A DNA stretch of 53,987 nt from Rozella allomycis CSF55. Its lineage: Eukaryota. Of the stretch, positions 28,260 through 37,500 are shown piece after piece. The stretch's first letter is position 1. Each line of letters starts with the position of its first letter. The notes under the pieces were generated by a model. The model was not told where the DNA came from and did not search any database. It saw nothing but the letters and a program-made list of their open reading frames with translations. The position numbers and the translations under genes are program-made. The DNA lies in the NCBI GenBank assembly GCA_000442015.1, contig KE560824.1, forward strand, positions 1 to 53,987, in the 5' to 3' direction.

Positions 28260-28626
28260 AAATAAAACTTATCAATTTCTATAAATATTAATGTATTCAG
28301 AAATCTCTCTAACGAAGCTTCTTACCAATTCCATATCGACTATAATGTAAGCCCATTACTTCCACAATTGTTACCCATTGGCACCAAATGAGACATCATT
28401 GGGGTTTTCTAACCTTTTTCGCATAATAAATGATAATGTATCCTTGGCTATGACCTGATCATTAGGTAAAACAAAGATATTTGAATATCGAGTAAATTAA
28501 TAAACAAGAGACACAAGACATTATCAATTCGTATTCTTTCAATAGCGAAAGTAGCGTGAAAACTAAATATACCGTTAATGATTGTTTACAGTAACTTGAT
28601 CATGTGCGTTTTGTTTATTTTTGAAT

Positions 28627-29925
28627 ATGTTCATCCGAACTTGTCTGTTTTGGATCATATACTATTGTATCCCAGTTTTCAACAAAACTTACCGCTATTC
28701 TGAAATATCTTACGAGAATCAACATTTGTTGCAAAACCCGGAAAGGGGATTCTTTGATTTCAATAGCGTAGGATCCAATCTGACGTCCCTCTTGGCATTC
28801 CCAAATAATACTTTAATACATAGGAATTATAACATTGACACGTATCCTTTAAATGAAACCTTTCATATGAGGGTTCAATTTGACATAGATAGGATCCGAC
28901 AACAAGGGAAAACGTTACTTATTTCATTCTCCTTCACAAAGAAAATATTCAGACTGATTTCAAGATCAAAGACGATTGCATTTTCTTTATCCAAAATAAT
29001 TAACGAAAATGCAGATGTGGTTACATCCATATTGCCATTTTTTGATCACAACGGAAATGTCGCATCAAACTCATATAAGATCAGCAAAGAGCTACTTACA
29101 CATGTTACATTGAAACGTTCCATTAGTGCTACATCAGTTAAGGATAAGCAAATGCTGACTAAAACTGTTCTGGCTTTGAACGAGAAAACGGCATTCAACG
29201 AAAATCTTGAATCTGCTAGAGTGCACATTTTTAATCATAAACTTCTTTCTTCTCTAAAAATGGAAAAGCATAAATTCTTTATTTCAGATAATGGTACATA
29301 CAACTCTCTGAAGGAACGTGATTTTCATCAAAGAGATTCATTGTACGGCTTGACTGGAGGGGTTGTACGGTTTAAAAACAATTTAACTAACTGCAAAACT
29401 GTCGTGGAAGAACTTAGGAGATTTCATTACACTTATGTTTCCACGCCGTATGAAGTGAAGCAGGAATGGAAGCATCAAGGCTGTCTTTCATTAATATCAG
29501 GAAATTTAGGCTATAGGTTTGTTTTGTTAGAACTAAATAGTACCCAAACTAAGGATTCTGTAGTTATTGCGTTTCGGGGGCGAAATTCCGGCTTTGCGTC
29601 TATATATAATAAGAAACTTTTTAGACTAGTCGCCAGTTCAGCGTCAACATATTGTAGTTTAGAACTTGACATTGACGTGAGACGCTGGAAACCGGGAAAG
29701 TTCTTTTCTGAAAAAATCTCAGTATCATTTCCTACAAGAATGAAGGAGGATTTGACATTTTCAATACTAATCACTGATGAATTACAACAATCTACATCCA
29801 GTAACATTGTTTTCTCCAACTCCGAGTCACTGGACTTGAGCACTAGACTTAACTTGCTCTTCACTGAAAGTGTTGACTTGGCGCCTGCACCCAGTGCAAT
29901 GAATTTAATGGCATGCATCAGTTGA
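28627..29925 (+). CDS. Secreted DUF4874/DUF4832-like protein
   Basis: NPERGF, FHYTY..W...GC...I..NLGYRFVL, NSGFASIYN, DVRRWKPG; intronless, hydrophobic N-terminus. Confidence 0.7.
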   Translation: MFIRTCLFWIIYYCIPVFNKTYRYSEISYENQHLLQNPERGFFDFNSVGSNLTSLLAFPNNTLIHRNYNIDTYPLNETFHMRVQFDIDRIRQQGKTLLISFSFTKKIFRLISRSKTIAFSLSKIINENADVVTSILPFFDHNGNVASNSYKISKELLTHVTLKRSISATSVKDKQMLTKTVLALNEKTAFNENLESARVHIFNHKLLSSLKMEKHKFFISDNGTYNSLKERDFHQRDSLYGLTGGVVRFKNNLTNCKTVVEELRRFHYTYVSTPYEVKQEWKHQGCLSLISGNLGYRFVLLELNSTQTKDSVVIAFRGRNSGFASIYNKKLFRLVASSASTYCSLELDIDVRRWKPGKFFSEKISVSFPTRMKEDLTFSILITDELQQSTSSNIVFSNSESLDLSTRLNLLFTESVDLAPAPSAMNLMACIS

Positions 29926-30171
29926 ATAAAAAATTTCATAAAGAGCTACTGGTATCAATTGATATTACTTAACATTATCGTTACAACATGAAATCCCACG
30001 TTACATTTCCGAGTAGGCTAAATTTCTATATAATTATCTCTTCGGACAGGAGTGCCTGATTTAGATTCTGTTCTGAAAGCCAGATGATCCGTCCGCAAAT
30101 ATAACTACCCAGCAACCTCTTCTCCGTAGACGGTGGAACCTCGAAATATCTTAAAAGTCGTGACAAGGAAG

Positions 30172-30707
30172 ATGAAAAGAATAAAATCATATGCCAACTA
30201 TGACAGTAAAAACGAAAAAAAGTATACATTATAGACGTAGTAGTTGATCGCCCAAAGTATCGAAATGGCAAAATACTAACTGCCGTAAAAAGCTATACGG
30301 TTTGCGATGAATCGAGGTAAAGACATCCATTAATTGGCTAGAGGTATCTGTACATTGATAATGTACCTTCTTACAATGTATTCGACGAACTAATCAAACT
30401 CTTCAGTCTTCATGGAGACATCACTGAATACAAAAAGTTAGAAACCGCTGAAGCAAGAGACAAGTTTAGCGATGTAGCATTATTGAAATTTGAAAATATT
30501 GAAGATGCAAGGTAATTTATAAAAATACCCTGTTTTAGGAATGCTAAGATCTCACTTGATGATGAAGATTTTTACGGATGCCCGTTGAATGTTCGATATG
30601 CACCAGAATTTGAATCAATCGAAGAAATAGAAGATAAATTAAAACAAAGAAAAGATTGTCACCTCATACATCTTAGCAAAACTACGAATAAAAATTGTAA
30701 TTCTTGA
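30172..30707 (+). CDS. RBM48: RNA-binding motif protein 48 (minor spliceosome factor; not in ORF track)
   Basis: Spliced (3 introns, 27-29 nt): RPKYRNGKILTAVKSYTVCDESRYLYIDNVP...AKISLDDEDFYGCPLNVRYAPEFESIEEIEDKLKQR. Confidence 0.85.
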
Positions 30708-30714
30708 TCAAAAA

Positions 30715-30770
30715 CTCTTCGTCGGGGAATCGAACCCCGGTCTTCCGCGTGACAGGCGGAGATACTCACC
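30715..30770 (-). tRNA. tRNA-Asp(GTC), 3' 56 nt, variant copy cut at gap
   Basis: Matches the 34010-34081 copy except at 2 positions; T-tract terminator follows; 5' 16 nt missing next to N 30772. Confidence 0.85.
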
Positions 30771-31023
30771 TNACGTCTTCTCTGTTACTACCAGGGTTAA
30801 ACTGGCTTAGTCCTGTTACTAGTTACTGGTTTCTTGCGACTAGCGTTTCTAGTACCACTATGTAAAAGGTGCTAACGAAGAAAATTTTAGAATTTTCCCT
30901 TTATTCAACAGGTCCAAAACCCTCGAAAATGGCCTAAACATTAAGTTTTTAGTTTCAACTTTCAAATTAAATATAGTAAGTTATTTTTATTTATATATAG
31001 GTCTCCTAACTGTTTTATCTACC

Positions 31024-31779
31024 ATGGAAGAGCAAAACATTGAAATCATCGAGGAAGAATGCATATCTCTTTCCGATTCGGATGATGAAGCCGAAATTAA
31101 AAACGCAAGAGCCCAAATAGCGTCGTATTCAATTAAAGAGATTAAAACACTCTTGAAATCAATGCTTGTTGTTTCACCAAAAGGAATTGGTAAGAACCAA
31201 TTAAATGACTTGGCAATTGACAAATTAAAAAGCATGAAGCAATATAAGCTTTCCCAATTCATTATATCTATTGATGTAGGACTTCGAAACTACTGTTTTA
31301 GTATTTTTGAGAGAAATACTAGAACTCTAATAGATTTTGAATTAATTGATTTATTTGGCCCTGCTATTGTGAATATGAAAAATATTTTAATACCTATACG
31401 CAAAATTAAAAGCATTTTGAGAAAATTTAGAAAATATCAGCCTTATGTGATGGTTGCCGAGGAACAATATCTTGACTTCCAAAGAGGTAGAATTTATCAA
31501 CCATCAGTTATTGGAAGTTCATTATTGTCTTGTCTTTTAGCATTAAATGATAAATTAATCCAAATTAATCCTTCCGTTTTGGAATCATTTATAAAAAATA
31601 CAGTTGATTGTTACAAGAATATTTATTCAATAAACAAAAACATCAATGATACTTACAAGCGTAAAAAACAAAGTCATGTAGATCTGGTCCATCATTTGTT
31701 CACAGTTGGTGAAATTTCCATTTGTTTAATTATTTGTGTCATGTCTTGGCGTAAATGCGAACAAAGTAAACGAAGTTGA
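31024..31779 (+). CDS. SAP-like + RuvC-fold Holliday-junction resolvase-like protein (Ydc2/Cce1/poxvirus A22 type)
   Basis: IISIDVGLRNYCFS motif I, VAEEQ motif II, YKRKKQS motif; N-terminal YSIKEIKTLLK..G..KNQL. C-terminal DDxAD is not evident. Confidence 0.7.
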   Translation: MEEQNIEIIEEECISLSDSDDEAEIKNARAQIASYSIKEIKTLLKSMLVVSPKGIGKNQLNDLAIDKLKSMKQYKLSQFIISIDVGLRNYCFSIFERNTRTLIDFELIDLFGPAIVNMKNILIPIRKIKSILRKFRKYQPYVMVAEEQYLDFQRGRIYQPSVIGSSLLSCLLALNDKLIQINPSVLESFIKNTVDCYKNIYSINKNINDTYKRKKQSHVDLVHHLFTVGEISICLIICVMSWRKCEQSKRS

Positions 31780-33590
31780 TCTTGTTGAATACATGAGAAA
31801 TCGTAATTTCGTTGAGCCGAGAGCATATGGGCATTACGATGAGCATCATGTTCTGCCCATCTAATAAAATCATGCGAGCAAAAAGGCATCTTCTGGAATA
31901 AACTTCTAACGGAATCATTGCTTTGGATATAGACTTGTGCTGCAGTTTGAATAAACGATTTTCTATTTTCTCTTAATAATGTTAAAAAATTATATATAGA
32001 ATTAAAAGAATCAACTTCACCTTCATTTAACCCGTTAGGATTGTCATTGCCGTTGCCATCTCCATCAACTCTCGGCATGTTGTTCTGTCTTTCCCGTTTT
32101 AAAATTAAATCTTGCATAGCGGTTTCTACAAATGGAAAAACTTTTTGTAATAATATTTCTGGTACAGGCACCAACAGGTGAGGCGGTTCGTATATTTCGT
32201 CTGGGCGGTACCCAGCGCTTCCAATGATTTGGTTCATTGGAAGCTGATTCATATAGTGTGAGCTTGCAACATCCCCCTTCCAATGCAATCCAATACGAAT
32301 ATCGTCATATGACACGTCCAGTTCTTGGAGATCTCTGCAACAATTACTTCTTGCCAAGTGGACAGCTTTTCCAAAATCTTTGTCAACACACGTCAGTCCA
32401 CGTCGAAATCGTTGCAAATGACCACGATAGGAGAGTTCTCGTGTTTTGGTTTTGCCCCATGCTAGCTTCAGTTTGTTAACAAAGCTGTAGTCTGTCCAAT
32501 TCAAGTTTTTCAAATCTTTATCATAATCGAAATTATAATGAAAAAGCAACATCATGTAAAACATACAGCACACCTATTTTAACAATAATAAATTCATTAC
32601 CTTAGGATTTTCATGATGCAATATGCCGCTTTCCCGAACATCTCCAGAATTTGTTTTACCTTCATACATTAACGCAATCGCTCCGGGATATTGTAAACCG
32701 CGCTTATGAAATTTGTAATGTTGCATTTGTAAAACTTTCATGCAACGGAGTTCATCACCTCGTACTCCGGTTTGCGCCAAAAAGGCGAACATGAATGCAT
32801 CCCTAATGCCTATTCCTATTTGGTTGGCATTAGTTAATAGAGAAAATAAAATATTTTCTCTATCTTGCATCGTGTATCGCGAGTCAAGTGAAGAATTCTT
32901 GAGTACGTCTACTTTGTTAATAGCAGACAATCTCCACTTGGCCCATTTTTTCATGTGATTGCGTAACAAAACTTTCGTGTCCTGATTATATGGGTTCCCC
33001 TCATGGTTTAAATATTCTGAGGTTAAACATTGTATCTTCCAGATACGAACTAATCCAAAGGCATGTTGCTTTATGGTGCTAAATGTGAGGGGCCCACCGT
33101 TGGGTTTGACTTTATTTGAAAGGTAATTCAAATACTTAAAATAATTGACCTTAGTGATCACTTTCGACAAACCGTTGGATTCGCAATATTGGTAAAACTG
33201 CCGTTCGACATTGGTCTGCGTTCTGTGGGCTCCTTTCCGTCTCAGGCTACTTTCCATATTGTAAATGTTTTGTCGTTGACTCACCAGCTCTCTTGAATAT
33301 TCTTCAGAATCCATCATAGCAATAATATCATCGATATTGGCTATTTGTTGTTCAATTGCTTCATCTAGCCGCACATCCCCATTTTGCTGATGTACTGCAT
33401 TTTCCAAAGCATCTTCGGCGTCAATCACATCCCCGGCAGCTTCTAAAATATCCTCATCTTCATCAATTTCTTCGACATCTCCAACGCCATCATTCGGCCC
33501 AAAGTTGTCCTCGTTGTCAGAATAAAGAGCTTCAAGATCGATTTCGTAGCTTAAACTGTTGTTTGCTAAGTTATTTTCCATCTGTAACAT
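31692..33590 (-). CDS. Crypton/Ndc10-type tyrosine recombinase, ~623 aa, one 27-nt intron (32574-32600)
   Basis: TGVRGDE (R), GKTN (K), HHENPK|VC, KAVHLAR (HxxR), GLHW (H/W), SSHYMNQLP (Y), VPEILLQKVFPF. Confidence 0.88.
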
Positions 33591-33776
33591 AGGGGGAGAA
33601 AGTTGATTCCATAAATAATCTCACACACGCAAGTTGGTTAAAATGAAAAAAAGAGTATAACTTTATAAAAAAAGTAATTATTTTATTGAAGAATGTATTA
33701 TTTTTCGCTAAAATAATGATTTTTGGAAGTCTGCAACTGCAACTGGAGTAACAGACAAGGGTCTAGCAGTGCACAT

Positions 33777-33794
33777 AACCCCGGCCTTCCGCGT
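33777..33794 (-). other. tRNA-Asp fragment at element junction (att-like)
   Basis: 18-nt exact match AACCCCGGCCTTCCGCGT to tRNA-Asp; identity breaks at the T-loop on the element side and at N 33795 on the other. Confidence 0.8.
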
Positions 33795-34009
33795 NCTCAA
33801 GTCATGGGAAACCTTTGTTTGATCTCTCGCTTATCTCTATTCTCGACGAGCATATCGGTACAAGACGATGCTGGTGTGACCGATTTTCGGAAATATATAC
33901 CGCAAGAATAGCAAGCTGCAAGAATCAATAAGTTATTTTATTTTAAACCTATGACTGGAATATCAATCTATTTAAAAAACCATACTTTTGGCTAATAAAA
34001 AGTAAAAAA

Positions 34010-34081
34010 CTCTTCGTCGGGGAATCGAACCCCGGCCTTCCGCGTGACAGGCGGAGATACTTACCACTATACTAACGAAGA
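34010..34081 (-). tRNA. tRNA-Asp(GTC)
   Basis: TCTTCGTTAGTATAGTGGTAAGTATCTCCGCCTGTCACGCGGAAGGCCGGGGTTCGATTCCCCGACGAAGAG; cloverleaf, A/B boxes, T-tract terminator. Confidence 0.97.
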
Positions 34082-34534
34082 CTTACATTTATGACAAATT
34101 ATTATGATACAACGTTACCTGTGTAGTAACTACTTGCTTGAGCTAACAGTCAAATTTCAATACACTATATAATACATGTTCTATGCGTGTACTTGTTCTT
34201 TGGTCTTTGCAGTTTTGCCCAGTCTCGCTGTTTCTGCTATCATGAGTAAGAGTTTCTTTATTCTCAATCTCATTTCCCAATCTTCAATATTCCATAATCC
34301 ATTTGAATATGACAAAACTCACATTACCCCCTGGTCATACATGATGAATTGCAAAAAGTTCTGAGCGGACTTTGTATTCATTTCCTTCCCTTTGGAGTTT
34401 CAATTTCCCAAAGTATATCAGTTAAGAGGCGAAGAAAAGTCCATCTCCCAAAAGCAAGAAAATATTTGCATAAAATGAATCGACATGCGAATCACTATTT
34501 TTGTAGAAAGTCTCTCACTTCTCAGTTCGAAAAG

Positions 34535-37500
34535 ATGGAATTTACGGTTTATCACACAATCGACTGCCTAGAAACGCGCATTGTGATAAATATTGCAGGC
34601 ATGACAAAGGAAATCGAGCTTTTCTGCAAGGAAATCGATTTATTTTTATCCAATCTTTCCAGTTACAAGTCCATCAAGGCTAAAAGTAAATCCCGAAAAT
34701 CAGAGATTTCAGATCCGCAACTCTTTACCTTTCAAAATAGCAATCAGAAATTAGATCCGCTAAAGTTTCAGTTGATTGTATCTGAATATAATTCCATGTT
34801 GAAACGTTTCAAAGGGATGGACAGGGTATTGATCTGCGAGCGGTTACTTGAAATGGGTGATGTGATGGTGGACAGGACAGGTGATTATTACATGGCGCAT
34901 ATATTGTTTTATAGTCGTGTTGAAAGTTTTGAAGATACTGCGGTGGAGGGTAAAGTGAGCAATATGCTGAGCGACAGCCTGAGTGTTGAGAATGACAATG
35001 ACGCCAATTGGTATCGATTATTGATGGTGGCAAGGATTAAAGGATATGTTTGTGAGTGGAAATGTATGAAAGATAGTAAAAAGGACAAGACTATGGAGGA
35101 ATTGGAGCTAATGATTGAAAAGATTTTACGCGTTTTTGAAGATGCCAGTAATGTAGAGGAGATATGGAATAGTTCAAAAGAGTGTGTAATTGAATGCATC
35201 GATGTGTTGATTAAAAGAAAAAGTTTAAAGGTAAGAAATGCTGAGCTATAATATAGGTTATTGAATATTTGAGGACCTTGATTGGAAATGTACCCGAAGA
35301 AGGACTTGCCGTTAGATTATTTGAGTATTACTTAAATTTTCCTTTCAGCGTGGAAAGATTGCAAGAAATGGAAGAATACATTCATGAAATGGAAAGTAGC
35401 GGCGGGAACAATTTGAACTTGTTTAAAGTGATTAAATTGGTTTATGGATTAGAAAATAACATTAAAGAATTTAAAATAGAAGAATTTAAAAATCTGGAAA
35501 AGTTTAAGACTGTAAAATTTGTCGAAGAGGATGAAGAAATACGAAAACTTTTTGAAAGGTGTTTCGCGATACAATCATTGATGGAGAAGGAATTGAATAA
35601 TTCCAAAGATATTTTTACTGCCTGCTTGTTGTATCTAAGAAAAGAAAGGAAAACGTTCATGGAAGAAATAATGAATATCTTGGAAAACGTAAGGGAGGGG
35701 TATTCAAGTGTAAACTTTTACTTGATGCGATATAAATCTTTAAAAATGGTTGAAGGACAATCAATTGTATTGCAACCTTTTGAACTGAATGAATATGAAA
35801 AGATCAAAAAAGAAGTAAAACAAGACCGCAACGTCGTTTCAAGCACGATTATGATGATTGAAGAAAACAACTTTGAGAGAAGAGTTAAATTTTCAGATGA
35901 GAAAAGAATAGAAAATATTCAAGAATTTTATAAAGATTGTTTGAAGAAGAAGATAAAGCCAAATCTATTGGAAAAGCTATTCAATGAATGCTTTAAACAG
36001 TCAAACCAAAAGATTGAATTAATCGTTGAATTTATAGAATACGTTGAAATCTTCCACTTGAATTTTGATTATTCTCTTCTTGTTTCAGATTTGTATTTTA
36101 AATTTAACAATCTGCTAATAAAGAACAATCAATTGGATTATCTTTATAAACTTTATGGTAAAAATCGACAGCGAAAGATTCTTTTATTAATAAATCTATT
36201 TCAAGAATTCAATGATGTAGTTTATTTGAAACAGGCGTTTAAAATGATTACTAAAAGACCTGATAATTTAGAGAAAAAATGTGATAGTTTTCTCATTGAC
36301 AGAATGGATTTGAATAAAATAAAACTTAAAATAAATCAATGTCCAGTTGAAACATACTATATTATGCTTCATTGCAGTGAAAAGAGTCCATTGACTATAA
36401 AAAGCAATGACTATATGGGAACGGGAATATTTATACCATTGCACTGTGAAAATTTTATTATTTCTGGATTAGCTGTTAATAAAGATTATAATATTGGCGT
36501 ATCCTTTTATGGCGTTGATTTTGAATACATTGGAAAAGCTACATGTAAATTTCACAATTCAAGTTTGTTGAGCGATGAGTTTCTTGTTTACAAGTTGTAT
36601 GAATGTAAGGGTATTGATGATATCGAGTTGAATTTGAGTGTTAAACAATTTGGAGTGAATTACTTTTTGAATTTGCTTGGCGTTAATAATGAGGATGATT
36701 ATTTTGAAAATAACAAGATGAATGATTTGAACAAGATTGTTAATTCAATGTGTGTGAATATCTTTTTGGATTATGTTTGTAAAATGGAAAATGTTTGGAT
36801 GTTATTTGTCGCCTATAAACTTAATTCGAATTTGGGAATCATAAAGAGAATATTATTAATAATGAATGAAAGTAGAATAGCAGAAGAAGAAAAGTTTCAT
36901 ATGTACTTGTTTAAATTGCATGAAATACTTTACAGGGATAAAATTCATTTGGATTATGACTATCTTTGTTTATTTGTGAATTTATCTTATATTCTAATTA
37001 ATAGAGATTCTGGAGCAATTAAAATGAGTCAAGAAATTATAATGAATTCTTATAATGTGAAAAGACAAGGATTGATTACTGGGAGTATAAATGCTCTGTT
37101 GGAATTTAGCAATAGAAAGACATTGACTGTCGTTGAAAGGACTAGGCGAATAGAGAATGAGCAAGCTATTTTTCATGTGATTAAAAGCACAACTGAATCT
37201 GATTCATCATTTGGAAACAAAATTAATGCAGTAGAATTGTTTTACGAGTATCTTTCGATAAAACAAGTAGAATTGGAAAATGATAAAGTGAAGAATCCTG
37301 AAATTGAGATTGAATCAGCTGGAAGTGTTAAAGATTTGATTGTGTGTTTGATTAACAAGGGTCCATTGGAATCCTTTAAAGAGCTTTCAAAGATTAAAGT
37401 GCATCCAAGATTCCTAGAGTTGTCAACCAGATTAGCAGAAGAAGCTTTGAAGCAGAAAGATCATTTGGCTGTCAAGGAGATTGTAGAATCTACATTGGAA

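Larger units (their letters stand above)
30773..33794. mobile_element. Crypton-like tyrosine-recombinase element associated with tRNA-Asp
   Basis: YR gene plus RuvC-like gene, tRNA-Asp fragments at both ends, inverted CTGTTACT motifs; bounded by assembly gaps as expected for a repeat. Confidence 0.75.

Noticed and set aside
28270-28600. RNase MRP-like motifs or a small minus-strand gene
   Set aside because: The CR-I-like and CR-V-like motifs are too close and imperfect, and no consistent spliced ORF could be built.
32574-32600. In-frame TAG between the two YR ORFs suggesting readthrough or an alternative genetic code
   Set aside because: Explained by a canonical 27-nt GT-AG intron; TAA/TAG act as normal stops elsewhere.
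34180-34480. Minus-strand coding-like remnant (NIEDWEMRLRIKKLLLMIAE)
   Set aside because: Internal stops and no identifiable family; cannot be supported as a feature.
36499-36508. GTATCCTTTT U12-type donor-like sites (also near 20278 and 28842)
   Set aside because: They lie inside uninterrupted ORFs with no need for splicing.
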